DNA of 64,000 bases, taken from contig CBDBHB010000008.1 in the NCBI GenBank assembly GCA_965205505.1, positions 192,001-256,000 of the forward strand, written 5' to 3'. This DNA is from Acidobacteriota bacterium (GTDB lineage Bacteria > Acidobacteriota > UBA890 > WLXD01). The notes under the pieces were generated by a model. That model made no database searches, was not told the DNA's origin, and saw nothing but the letters and a program-made list of their open reading frames with translations. Each line of letters begins with the position of its first letter. Positions within the stretch are counted from its first letter, which is position 1. A program made the position numbers and the translations under genes. Of this stretch, positions 53,841 to 63,519 are shown one piece after another.

Positions 53841-54635
53841 TCGGAATGCCTCCCGATCGACCGAGGGCTCGAGCTCCACGGAGCCGATAGTTATGTCGAG
53901 TACCGCACGGCGCTGCGGCCAACTCAGCTGCAAGTGCCCGCTGGGTGGACCCCGGCGCGGATCCCATCCCTCGTATGTGGTGATCACACGTAGCGACCCG
54001 GCATCGTCGAACCGCTCGATGCGTCGGATCTCCTGGGAAGAGGGATCGAAGACGATGCGTCGAAGCAGGCGCGCAGGGTCGGCCGCCATCAACATCAGCG
54101 CCACCTCGCCTGGCCGTCGCTCGAGGACCAGCAACGCTGCGGCCCCGGTAACCACTGGCACGACTTGTGGCAGCAGCGCATCGGCGATGTCAAGCGGGGC
54201 GAGCACAAGATGCGGCCGCGATCGACCGCTGGAAGGCAGGCCGAGCGCGTCGTGCACCTCGGGCTCGGCAGCGCTCCCGAGTCGGAGCTCCAGCATGCGA
54301 CCGTCGCTGGCCATCTCGACGTCGCCCCCCGGCCCCGTCAGGCGAGCGGCGAACGCGCCGCTTCGCGCCACCAGCAGCGTCCCCTCGAGGCTGACGCAAC
54401 GATCTCGATGACAGGCGCCGATCATCGCTTGGAGCCGTACTAGGCGGGCGCGAAAGCTGCTGGCGATCTCCGCCAGCTCCTCTGCAGTCGACTCAGCGAA
54501 TGGCGCTACGACCGATGGCGCTATCGTTGTCGGCGACGACGCATTGCCTCCACAGGCGGCCACGCCGACGACCATGAGCAACGATGTGATTCGCCGCGCC
54601 TGCAGGAGCCACCCTGGCGACTGCTTTGCTGACAT
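53837..54635 (-). CDS. Putative LolA/LolB-fold lipoprotein; 3' end unresolved (frame reads on to 53328)
   Basis: Lipobox VAA-C, beta-rich with a C-terminal ...VDREAF; TAATG coupling to the upstream gene. Confidence 0.5.
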
Positions 54636-55627
54636 TAGTAACGCCGGCGAACAACAAAATCCGGTAGCTCTGCCAACGCGTCGCGCGCTTCGCTCGGGGG
54701 CAACACGGCCAAAGCTGTGCGCGCCTGCTCGGCGTAGCGCTGCGCCGCCTGCAGCGTTGCGTCCAGGCTGCCGGCCGCTCGCATTCCGTCGACCACCTCG
54801 CCGAACCCTTGCGCCGCGCGGTCGGCGTCGCCGAGACACGATACGGCCAGTCTACGCACCGATTCGTCGCCCTCGCGCAGCAAATGAATGAGAGGGAACG
54901 TCATCTTACCTTCGCGTAGATCCGTACCAGGGTCTTTGCCGAGATGGGCCGCGTCGGCATCATAGTCGAGCAAGTCATCAATGAGCTGGAACGCGAGACC
55001 CACGTCGTGCCCGTAACCGGCGAGCGCCGCTTCCTGCTCCGGTGATGTATCCGCGAGCACCGCCGCCGCTTGGGCACAACCGGCGAAGAGCGACGCCGTC
55101 TTGCGATCGATGATGTCCATGTAGGTGTCCATATCGAGCTCGGCGTGCCCGTTGTGGATCACGTCTAGCATCTCGCCTTCGACCAGGCGTGAGGTCGCAT
55201 CGGTGAGCACCTCCACCAGGCGGAGCTTGCCGAGCGCCACACTCATGGCAAGCGATTTGGCGTACAAATAGTCGCCGAACAGAACGGCGAGCCGATTGCC
55301 CCAAACGCGATTGGCGGGTTCCTGTCCGCGCCTCACCTTGGCGCCGTCGACGATGTCGTCGTGAACCAGCGACGCCGTATGGATGCACTCGACAATAACC
55401 CCCAGGTCGACGTCACCGGTGCCTTGGTAACCACACGCCCGGGCGCAGAGCGCCACCAGCGCCGGGCGCACTCGCTTGCCACCGTTGTCTAGCAGGTAGG
55501 CGGCAATCTCGCGCACAAACGGGATGTCGGAGTCGCGCAGAGCCGCGATCTCACGCTCGACGAGCTCCAGCCGGTCTTTCGCAAGGTGGAAGGCGGCGAT
55601 CTGGGTAACAGGGTGGCCGTCGCGCAT
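54635..55627 (-). CDS. Polyprenyl diphosphate synthase (IspB/HepT-like)
   Basis: GGKRVRP, HDDIVD...RRG, KTASLF, FQLIDDLLD, GK..G.DL.EGK.T. Confidence 0.94.
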   Translation of the reverse strand: MRDGHPVTQIAAFHLAKDRLELVEREIAALRDSDIPFVREIAAYLLDNGGKRVRPALVALCARACGYQGTGDVDLGVIVECIHTASLVHDDIVDGAKVRRGQEPANRVWGNRLAVLFGDYLYAKSLAMSVALGKLRLVEVLTDATSRLVEGEMLDVIHNGHAELDMDTYMDIIDRKTASLFAGCAQAAAVLADTSPEQEAALAGYGHDVGLAFQLIDDLLDYDADAAHLGKDPGTDLREGKMTFPLIHLLREGDESVRRLAVSCLGDADRAAQGFGEVVDGMRAAGSLDATLQAAQRYAEQARTALAVLPPSEARDALAELPDFVVRRRY

Positions 55628-55646
55628 TTCTTAGCGTGCTGGTGGC

Positions 55647-56354
55647 TCAGCTGCCGAGTTGCTCGACCTCGACATCCGCAGGAACCGTGAACTGAAACAG
55701 TTCTTCTGCCAATCCCAGGTCGGTCTCAACCTCGAGGAACAGGAACTCCGATGATTCGCCGAGAAGGCCGAACGATACCAGTCGAGCGATCATCGCGGTG
55801 TCCGGGTCAACCTCGAGGATCAGATGGGTGTACGAGGCATCCTCGGTCAGTGGATCCAACCGCAACTGAACGTTGCCGGGGGCCAGCTTCTCCTCCCACT
55901 CGGTGCCCGCCACCAGGAAGTCGCTGCCGAAGTCGCCCCCGCCGGTCAGATACAGCATGGGCGTCTGACTCGATGCCACCGAATCCTGGGCACGGATCTG
56001 CACCTGCCGGTCCTCGGGGAGGTACCAATAGAGGGCCTCCCCATCGGCGACAAGAACGCGCCCGCTGACATCATATTCAACTCGTATCCTCCCCGGCGGG
56101 CGCGCAAACCACACCCCTGACGCTTCGCGAGCCGGCATTCCGGGCCTTGCAATGCTGCGCTGCCGAAATCGAGCGCGGAGATCCTGCAGCGCTCGATAGC
56201 GCTCCTGTACCCGGCGTAGCAGAACATCGAGCGGCAGCTCGGAGCGTTCCTGGATTGCCAAGCGAGTGGGGCCGCTCGGTGCGGCGACCACCGGCTGAGC
56301 AGCACCAGCGAGCGCCGCGATCACGGCCATCATCAGCAGCTCTCTCCCAGGCAT
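55647..56354 (-). CDS. lolA: Outer-membrane lipoprotein carrier LolA-like protein
   Basis: Signal peptide; A.F.Q, G......RPPG..R.EY, VADG...Y.P...QV, F.F..P. Confidence 0.8.
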   Translation of the reverse strand: MPGRELLMMAVIAALAGAAQPVVAAPSGPTRLAIQERSELPLDVLLRRVQERYRALQDLRARFRQRSIARPGMPAREASGVWFARPPGRIRVEYDVSGRVLVADGEALYWYLPEDRQVQIRAQDSVASSQTPMLYLTGGGDFGSDFLVAGTEWEEKLAPGNVQLRLDPLTEDASYTHLILEVDPDTAMIARLVSFGLLGESSEFLFLEVETDLGLAEELFQFTVPADVEVEQLGS

Positions 56355-56570
56355 CGGCGATCTCACTGGCCCCTCCAATCTACCCGCAGCCAGGACATCC
56401 GTCGCAGGCTGCGGAAGAACGTGTCCAGTCTCCCCTGCTGCTATCATAGCGTGACACGTTGGCGGGTTTTGGGCCTCCCTTTTTGGTGGCTGGCCCTGCC
56501 TGTTCTTGTTGTCGGCGGCTTTGTTGTCGGCGGCCCTAGTCCACGCCACTTCTCGCTGCGAGCCTCGCTG

Positions 56571-57314
56571 ATGGCGATCCGTCTGCTCATTCTGGATATC
56601 CTCGACCCACGCGGTCAGATCGGATTGTCGGTCGCGGCGCGGGCCGCTGCCGACGCGGGAGCCGACGAGATTCTGCCAATCACCACCGGGGCAATCGAAC
56701 GATCGGCAGACGGCTCGGTGCATGTGCGTCCGACGCTCGCGCGAGGCCTGCGGCGAATGCTGCATGGAGCATTTCAACGTCGCGTAGACGGCATGTTGAT
56801 CGGACTGTTACCCAGCTATTGGCAGGCCCGGGCGGTTTCGAAGAACCTGGCGCAGGCACTACCGGAAACCCTGGTCTACGCCCCCGACGCGACCTCAGCT
56901 GGAGGCCTCGGCCAGATGCTCAGTGCAACGAACCGCAAGGCACAGGTGGCCACTATTCTGCCCGAGACGACGGTAGCCCTGCTGCCGGCGCTGGAGATTA
57001 GCTCCTTGCTCGGCCTACCCGATACCGATGACCAGGCAGCGCTGGCGCAGCGGCTACTCGACGCCGGAGCCTACGCAGCCTGGGTGCGCGGCAACCTGGA
57101 CGGAGCGCGTGCGGTGGACTTCGTCGCCTACGGAGAGCGCACGGCAGTGCTGGATTACCCTCAACCTGTGGGTCCTGCTGCAGCCGCCACTGCGTCGGGG
57201 GCGCTCGCGGCCCTGCTGGCGCGAGGGTGCTCGCTCGAGGAATCCGTCGATCGCGCGCACCGTCGCGCCGCCCATGTAGATGGGAGCCTGCACGCCCCAG
57301 CGGTACGAGGCTGA
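56571..57314 (+). CDS. Divergent ThiD/HMP-kinase-like (ribokinase fold) protein
   Basis: DP.G..GL N-terminus and C-terminal SGALAALLARG.SLEESV..A resemble ThiD; the GTGC motif is absent. Confidence 0.55.
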   Translation: MAIRLLILDILDPRGQIGLSVAARAAADAGADEILPITTGAIERSADGSVHVRPTLARGLRRMLHGAFQRRVDGMLIGLLPSYWQARAVSKNLAQALPETLVYAPDATSAGGLGQMLSATNRKAQVATILPETTVALLPALEISSLLGLPDTDDQAALAQRLLDAGAYAAWVRGNLDGARAVDFVAYGERTAVLDYPQPVGPAAAATASGALAALLARGCSLEESVDRAHRRAAHVDGSLHAPAVRG

Positions 57315-57323
57315 GGCGCGCGA

Positions 57324-58922
57324 TCAGTCGATCTCGCAGGCGCGCTCGGCGAAACTGCGGACCTGTTTGGAGTCGATGCGGGGAAACAGCATCTCGCCCC
57401 TGTGAACCCCGGCGCCCGAGCCGACCTTAAGCAGCCGCTCTGCGCCCTCGTAGCAAAACTCGTCGAGCCTACTGGTCTCGCCTAGCGATGCCCAGAGCTG
57501 CTGCATCTTGCCGGGCATTACCGGTGCCAGGAGCACGGCGATGCTCTTCACGACGCTGCCACACGCTGCCATCACTGCGTCGTACGCGACGCCCGCCTCC
57601 GGGTCGGTTTCTCTGTTCTTGCGCAACTGCCACGGCTCGGCGTCCTGGATCATCTTGTTGCAGGCGCCAACGGATCCCCAGAGCGTGCGCAAAGCGGCTG
57701 CGAACCCGAACTCGCTGAGCTGCGCTTCGTATACCGGCACCATCTCCTCGAACCCACGGAACAACTCGGCGGTGGCAGCGGTGTGCTGTATATCGACGGC
57801 GAATGCGCCCCCGTCGCGCTCCACCAGGTTGAGCACACGCGAGGCGAGATTGCCGAGATCGTTAGCGAGATCCGAGTTGATCCGTTCCACGAGCACCGCG
57901 GCAGCGAAATCGCCGTCCTGGCCGAAGGGCATCTGACGGAGCAAGTAGTAGCGCAGCGGATCGGCACCGAACTCGTCGATGAGCCGGTTCGGATCGATGA
58001 CGTTGCCGAAGCTCTTGGACATCTTCCGTCCTTCGACAGTCCACCAGCCGTGAGCAAAGATATTGCGCGGCAGCGGCAGATCCAGTGCCATTAGCAGTGT
58101 CGTCCAGTAGACGGAATGCGTCGTCAAGATATCCTTGCCGATGAGGTGGTAATCGGCCGGCCAGAAGGGCCCGTACCTGGGGTCGGCGGGCGTGCCCGGA
58201 TTGAGATAGCGCAACCCCGTGCAGTAGTTCAACAGCGCGTCGACCCAGACGTAGCAGACGTGCTCGGTGTCGAAAGGGAGCTCGACGCCCCAGGCCAGCC
58301 GCGACTTCGGCCGGGAAATCGACAGATCACCCAGCGCCTGACGCAAGAACCCCAGAACCTCGTTCCTTCGTGTCGGCGGGTGGATTTGCAGAGAGCCGCT
58401 CTCGATCGCCTCGACGAGCTTGTCCTGGTACGCGCCCATGCGGAAGAAGTAGTTCGATTCGCGCACGAACTCGACTCTTCCGTCTTCTTTGAGCCGCTCT
58501 ATCTCGTCCGTGTCGGTGACAAACATCTCCTGTGAAACGTCGTACCAGCCCTCGTAATCCTGCTCGTATATCTGCCCGTCATCGTAGAGTTGCTGCAGGG
58601 CACCGCGTACCTGCTCCTTGTGCTCGGCATCGGTCGTCCGTATGAAGGCGTCGTGCGAGATTCCGAGCCGCTCCCAAAGCTGCCTGAAGTTGCGATGCAG
58701 CTCGTCGCAATGCTCCTGCTCGGACACGCCCCGACTTGCGGCCGCCCGGGCCACTTTCTGGCCGTGCTCGTCCGTGCCGGTGAGAAAGAACACCTCGACG
58801 CCCCGCTGGCGCATGAACCGCGCCATCGCGTCAGCCGCGACAGTGGTATACGCATGCCCGAGATGCGGTACGTCGTTGACGTAGTAGATCGGCGTCGTCA
58901 GGTAGAAACGCTGCGTGCCCAC
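57324..58922 (-). CDS. metG: Methionine--tRNA ligase (short form, no C-terminal tRNA-binding domain)
   Basis: TTPIYYVNDVPHLGH, GTDEHGQK, YVWVDAL, IGKDI, KMSKS. Confidence 0.96.
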   Translation of the reverse strand: MGTQRFYLTTPIYYVNDVPHLGHAYTTVAADAMARFMRQRGVEVFFLTGTDEHGQKVARAAASRGVSEQEHCDELHRNFRQLWERLGISHDAFIRTTDAEHKEQVRGALQQLYDDGQIYEQDYEGWYDVSQEMFVTDTDEIERLKEDGRVEFVRESNYFFRMGAYQDKLVEAIESGSLQIHPPTRRNEVLGFLRQALGDLSISRPKSRLAWGVELPFDTEHVCYVWVDALLNYCTGLRYLNPGTPADPRYGPFWPADYHLIGKDILTTHSVYWTTLLMALDLPLPRNIFAHGWWTVEGRKMSKSFGNVIDPNRLIDEFGADPLRYYLLRQMPFGQDGDFAAAVLVERINSDLANDLGNLASRVLNLVERDGGAFAVDIQHTAATAELFRGFEEMVPVYEAQLSEFGFAAALRTLWGSVGACNKMIQDAEPWQLRKNRETDPEAGVAYDAVMAACGSVVKSIAVLLAPVMPGKMQQLWASLGETSRLDEFCYEGAERLLKVGSGAGVHRGEMLFPRIDSKQVRSFAERACEID

Positions 58923-58996
58923 TCGATACTCCAGGCCGAAGTGCCGGTCGCGCCGACGTCCCACCGCGTCGCCCACGCGCGGGCGGTGGTGGCAGT

Positions 58997-59713
58997 CTAC
59001 CGCCTCGTCGCCGCCGGCGGCTCCACGCTCTTGTCGTCGTAGCCACAGAGGTCTTCGATTCCGCAGCGCCAGCACTCGGGCCGTCGCGCGTGGCAGACCT
59101 GGCGGCCGTGCCGAATGACGTTCACGTGCAAGGGAAAGGCCGCCCCCGGCGGGACCGCGGCCTGCAGCTCGTCGTTCGCCCGCCCAAGATCACGCTGCCG
59201 GTGAATGCCCAGCCGGTGAAGCACGCGGTACACGTGCGTATCCACGGGAAACGCCTCGAGCCGGAGCGAGAACAACAGGATGCAGTTGACGCTCTTTGCA
59301 CCCAGCCCCTTGATGTCGCTGAGCTCGTCGCGGGCCGCAGCCAGGTCCATCTCGCCCAGGTGGTCGAGGTCGTACGAACCTCGTTGCTCGTACACTCGAG
59401 ACAGGATCTCCTGAATCCGCCGCGCCTTCACGCGCTGCAGCCCGCCCGGCTGCAACGCTTGTTCGAGATGCTCAGGCAGAGCAGCCGCGACACTTTGCCA
59501 GTCCGGGTAGCGCTGGCGTAGCCGCCCCCAGGCGCGGTCACGGTTCCTATCGGTGGTGTTCTGCGACAGGATCGTCAGTACTAGTTCGTCGAGCGGCGGC
59601 AGCGCCCGCACCGGTTTCGGTTCGCCGTGTAGCTCCAGCAACCTGTCATGCAGCACGCCAAGCGCGCGGCGTTGCGTCGCAAGCGCTCGCGAACGCGGAC
59701 GCTTACCCGCCAC
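58997..59713 (-). CDS. nth: Endonuclease III family HhH-GPD DNA glycosylase with a 4Fe-4S site
   Basis: TILSQNT.D, GLGAKS, FPVDTHV.R, HGR.VC.AR.P.C..C.....C. Confidence 0.88.
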   Translation of the reverse strand: MAGKRPRSRALATQRRALGVLHDRLLELHGEPKPVRALPPLDELVLTILSQNTTDRNRDRAWGRLRQRYPDWQSVAAALPEHLEQALQPGGLQRVKARRIQEILSRVYEQRGSYDLDHLGEMDLAAARDELSDIKGLGAKSVNCILLFSLRLEAFPVDTHVYRVLHRLGIHRQRDLGRANDELQAAVPPGAAFPLHVNVIRHGRQVCHARRPECWRCGIEDLCGYDDKSVEPPAATRR

Positions 59714-59719
59714 GACCGG

Positions 59720-61108
59720 CTAGCCGCCGAAGCGCTCGCCGAGATACGCCGGCAGGGCGTCCAGGCCGATGCGCTCCTGTTCCGTGGTATCGCGATGACG
59801 TACCGTCGCCGCGTTGTCCTCGAGGGTGTCGAAGTCGACCGTGACACAGAACGGTGTGCCCACCTCGTCCTCACGTCGATACCGCTTGCCGATGCTCCCG
59901 GCGCCATCGTAGAGCACCCCAAAGCTGCCGCGCAGCGTATCCGCAAGCTTCCTCGCTGGCTCTGCCAGCTTCTTCACCAGAGGAAAAACCGATACCTGAC
60001 GTGGCGCCACATGCGGCGCCAACCGCAACACGGTGCGTTGCTGGCCTCCGATCTCATCAACGTCGAAGGCATCGGCCAGCACGGTGAGCACCGTGCGGTC
60101 GAGACCTGCCGAGGTCTCGACTACCGACGGTACGTACTTCTCGTTGCGCACAGGATCGAAATAGCTCTGGTCCTTGCCCGAGTGCTCGGCATGCTGACTC
60201 AGGTCAAAACAGCCGCGATTGGCGATCCCCTCGAGCTCAGCCCATCCGAACGGGAATTTGTACTCCACATCAGTCGTATAGCTGGCGTAGTGGGCGAGCT
60301 CGTCGGGCTCGTGTTCACGCAGTCGTAGTCGGTCCGACTGGATCCCGAGCTCCGCGTACCACCGATAGCGCTGCTCGACCCAATAGTCGAACCACTGGCG
60401 CTCGTCTTCTGCGTGAACGAAGAACTCCATTTCCATCTGCTCAAACTCGCGTGAGCGGAAGGTGAAGTTACGCGGTGTGACTTCGTTGCGGAACGCCTTC
60501 CCGACCTGCGCAATCCCGAACGGCACCTTCATGCGCGTCGAAAGTTGAACGTTGCGAAAGTTCACGAAAATAGCCTGGGCGGTCTCCGGGCGAAGGTAGG
60601 CTACCGACTTCGAGTCTTCGGCGGCGCCTACGCGCGTCTCGAACATCAGGCCGAACTGACGGGGCAGCGTCAGCTCACCAGCGCAGGCTGGGCAGCGGCT
60701 CGGAATCGAGCCGTCCGTGGGCGGCAGGTCGCCCTCATGACCGGGGAAGATCTTGCCGAGATCGCCCGAGTCGACTGCTCTTTGAACGAGGTGGTCGAGC
60801 CGAAACCGGCGCTTGCACTCCTTGCAATCGACCATCATGTCGTAGAAGGACTCCACGTGCCCGGATGCCTGCCAGACGCGCGGATGCATGATGATCGACG
60901 CGTCGAAGCCGACGACGTCGTCGCGCTGCACTACCAGGCGGCTCCACCAGAGATCGAGCACTCTGCGCCGGAGCTCGACGCCGAGCGGACCGTAATCCCA
61001 GAATCCGTTCAGGCCGCCGTAGATTTCGCTGCTCTGGAAGATGAACCCCCGGCGCTTACACAGCGAAACGAGAGGATCGAGATTCGGCAGTCCGCTTGCG
61101 TCGGTCAT
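59720..61108 (-). CDS. glyQS: Glycine--tRNA ligase, homodimeric (alpha2) type
   Basis: KRRGFIF.SSEIYGG, YLRPETAQ, GKAFRNE, REFEQME, ELEGIANR. Confidence 0.96.
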   Translation of the reverse strand: MTDASGLPNLDPLVSLCKRRGFIFQSSEIYGGLNGFWDYGPLGVELRRRVLDLWWSRLVVQRDDVVGFDASIIMHPRVWQASGHVESFYDMMVDCKECKRRFRLDHLVQRAVDSGDLGKIFPGHEGDLPPTDGSIPSRCPACAGELTLPRQFGLMFETRVGAAEDSKSVAYLRPETAQAIFVNFRNVQLSTRMKVPFGIAQVGKAFRNEVTPRNFTFRSREFEQMEMEFFVHAEDERQWFDYWVEQRYRWYAELGIQSDRLRLREHEPDELAHYASYTTDVEYKFPFGWAELEGIANRGCFDLSQHAEHSGKDQSYFDPVRNEKYVPSVVETSAGLDRTVLTVLADAFDVDEIGGQQRTVLRLAPHVAPRQVSVFPLVKKLAEPARKLADTLRGSFGVLYDGAGSIGKRYRREDEVGTPFCVTVDFDTLEDNAATVRHRDTTEQERIGLDALPAYLGERFGG

Positions 61109-61179
61109 GGCGATCTTCTTGGCTACGGCCTCAGATGGGCACGGCGCGTTGAGGTCACGTGCTCGGCGCCAGTCGAGTG

Positions 61180-62412
61180 TTACAGAGGCGTGATGAACGG
61201 ATCAACCGGAGCGAGCTCGGCAGCGTAACGCTGCACTTTTTCGAACGCACGGGCTACGTCCAGCGCATCCTCGGAGCTCCCGATAAGCGCATTGTGGCGG
61301 ATCCACACAGCTTCGCTCGCGCAGGCGTGCTCGGCAACTCCACAGTCGCCGCTACGATGCGGCGCCCGCTGCGCGTCGTCGAACATCGGCTGACTGTAGA
61401 CCGGCACATCATAGCCCGCCGACGCCGGTACCCCCTCGGCGACAAGAGCCTCCACACACGCGCGCTTCGGAGCTCCCTCGAAGGCCGCCGCATCGATGCG
61501 AACGATGATCAGGTGCCAGGAGCACTGTTCGGTACCGCGCGGCAGCATCTGGCAGGTCACTCCCGGGATCTCGTCAAGCGCCCGGCGTAGTTGCATCGCG
61601 TTCTCGGCCCTACGCTGCAGCTCCTCGGGGTAGCGCTCGAGGGCAGCGCACAGCACCGCGCCCTGGAACTCCGACAACCGAAAGTTGCCCCCGAGCCGAA
61701 CGTGAGTGTAGTTCCCGCCCACCGCGACGCGCCCGTTGTTGGAAACCGATCGACAACGTTCGGCCAGGTCGCCGTCGTCGGTAACCACGACGCCTCCTTC
61801 GCCACAGGCCAAGTTCTTGCTGGAATGAAAGGAGAACCCACCGGCGTTGCCGATCGTCCCGACACCGGCGCCGTCGAAGCGCGTACCCCAAGCCTGGGCG
61901 GCATCTTCGATCAGCGCCAGGCCGTTGCGCTCTGCCAGGTCTTGCAACGGTCCCATGTTGGCCGGTACACCGCCGAGGTGGACCGGCATGATCGCCGACG
62001 TTCGCTCACTGAGCACCGACTCGGCGCTGCGGACATCGAGGCCGTAGGAGCGCCGATCGATATCGGCGAAGACCGGAACGAGCCCCGCCTGCAGGATGGC
62101 CGTGGCCGACGCCACGAATGTGTAGGCTGGGAGGATGACTTCGGATCCGCGCTCGATGTCCAGCGCTTCGAGCGCCACCCGCAGCGCCGCCTCGCCGCTA
62201 CTCACACAGACCGCGTATCTGGCGCCCTGATACGCCGCGAACTCGGTCTCAAAACGGCGCACGAACTGCCCGTGCCGGCTGTCCCAATCGCCCGAATCAA
62301 GTACCACATCGAGGAGCTCGCGCTCCCGTGCTCCAGCTTGCGGCCAACGAGGATAGGCTCGCACGCGGATGGGGTCGCCGCCGACGAGTGCCAGCTCAGG
62401 CACGTGTGTCAT
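61180..62412 (-). CDS. DegT/DnrJ/EryC1/StrS PLP-dependent aminotransferase
   Basis: PAYTFVASA, PVHLGG, IEDAAQA, FSFHSSKNL.CGEGG. Confidence 0.9.
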   Translation of the reverse strand: MTHVPELALVGGDPIRVRAYPRWPQAGARERELLDVVLDSGDWDSRHGQFVRRFETEFAAYQGARYAVCVSSGEAALRVALEALDIERGSEVILPAYTFVASATAILQAGLVPVFADIDRRSYGLDVRSAESVLSERTSAIMPVHLGGVPANMGPLQDLAERNGLALIEDAAQAWGTRFDGAGVGTIGNAGGFSFHSSKNLACGEGGVVVTDDGDLAERCRSVSNNGRVAVGGNYTHVRLGGNFRLSEFQGAVLCAALERYPEELQRRAENAMQLRRALDEIPGVTCQMLPRGTEQCSWHLIIVRIDAAAFEGAPKRACVEALVAEGVPASAGYDVPVYSQPMFDDAQRAPHRSGDCGVAEHACASEAVWIRHNALIGSSEDALDVARAFEKVQRYAAELAPVDPFITPL

Positions 62413-62427
62413 GCCGGCGCGCGCGCA

Positions 62428-63519
62428 TCACAGGAACCGATCCAACGACGCTTCGGCCACCTTGTCGCGCAACGCCTTGATCTGCTGGGAGCGATCCAGC
62501 GGCGCCACCAGCAGCACGCCTCCGGCGCGCACGATAGCCAGCCCCTTGACTCCTAGCAGCGCCACCATGTCCTCCGGTGCATGCACCAGATTGTCGCTGG
62601 CGTCCAGCGCCACCAACTGCCCGTCCACTACGTTGCCGAGGTCATCTCCCTCGAGGAGCTCCTTGAGCGCCTCCCACGAACCGACGTCCGACCAATCGAA
62701 CTCGGCCTTCACACAAGCGACGTTCTCGGCCCGCTCCATGACGCCATAGTCGATCGAGGTGGCCGGCATCGCCCGGTACGCGTCGGCACGACTCGTGTCG
62801 TCGGCGGCGGCGAGCATGGCATTGGCGGCCTCCACGGCGTCGGGCAGGTGCTGCTCCATCGCGGTCAGCAGCACCCGCGCCTCCCAGACGAACATTCCAC
62901 TGTTCCAGAGGAAGGAGCCGTCTGCCACATAACGCTCCGCTGTCTCGAGATCCGGTTTCTCGCGGAACGCAACCACCTTGTTAACCGGAAGCTCGACCGA
63001 TGCGCCATCCAGCTCCAGCCTGGTACCCGTTTCGACGTAGCCGTAGCCGGTCTCGGCGTACCGAGGGGGCACGCCGAAGGTAACCAGATACCCGCTGCGA
63101 GCCGCCGCAGCCGCGGCGTTCACGGTACGTGCAAGGCCGGCAACGTCGCCCACTACGTGATCCGCGGGGAAGACCAACATCATCGCTTCCGGGTCGCGCT
63201 GCGCCAGCACCGCCGCTGTCCACGCGAGGCAGGGGGCGGTGTTGCGAGCCTGCGGCTCCGCCAGGAGGTTGGCGGGTGGCAGCTCCGGAAGCTCCTGCAC
63301 CGTGAGCGATGCGTAGGAGGCGGCAGTGACCACCAGCACGCGTTCAGGATCTCCGACCACCGCGACGCTCCGATCCCAGGTTTGGCGCAGCATCGAGTCG
63401 GCGCCGACGATCGGCAGGAACTGCTTTGGGCGATCGCGCCGCGACAATGGCCAGAAGCGCGTCCCACTGCCGCCGGCCATGATCACGGCGTAGGCGTGCG
63501 GGTCGCCAAGGTCGGTCAT
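62428..63519 (-). CDS. manC: Mannose-1-phosphate guanylyltransferase
   Basis: MAGGSGTRFWPLSR...PKQFL, EP..RNTAP, TGYGY, FREKP, WNSGMF, WSDVGSW. Confidence 0.94.
   Translation of the reverse strand: MTDLGDPHAYAVIMAGGSGTRFWPLSRRDRPKQFLPIVGADSMLRQTWDRSVAVVGDPERVLVVTAASYASLTVQELPELPPANLLAEPQARNTAPCLAWTAAVLAQRDPEAMMLVFPADHVVGDVAGLARTVNAAAAAARSGYLVTFGVPPRYAETGYGYVETGTRLELDGASVELPVNKVVAFREKPDLETAERYVADGSFLWNSGMFVWEARVLLTAMEQHLPDAVEAANAMLAAADDTSRADAYRAMPATSIDYGVMERAENVACVKAEFDWSDVGSWEALKELLEGDDLGNVVDGQLVALDASDNLVHAPEDMVALLGVKGLAIVRAGGVLLVAPLDRSQQIKALRDKVAEASLDRFL

Noticed and set aside
61180-62412. Antibiotic (aminocyclitol/AHBA) biosynthesis cluster
   Set aside because: A lone DegT-family aminotransferase beside manC/manB and glyQS, with no other pathway genes
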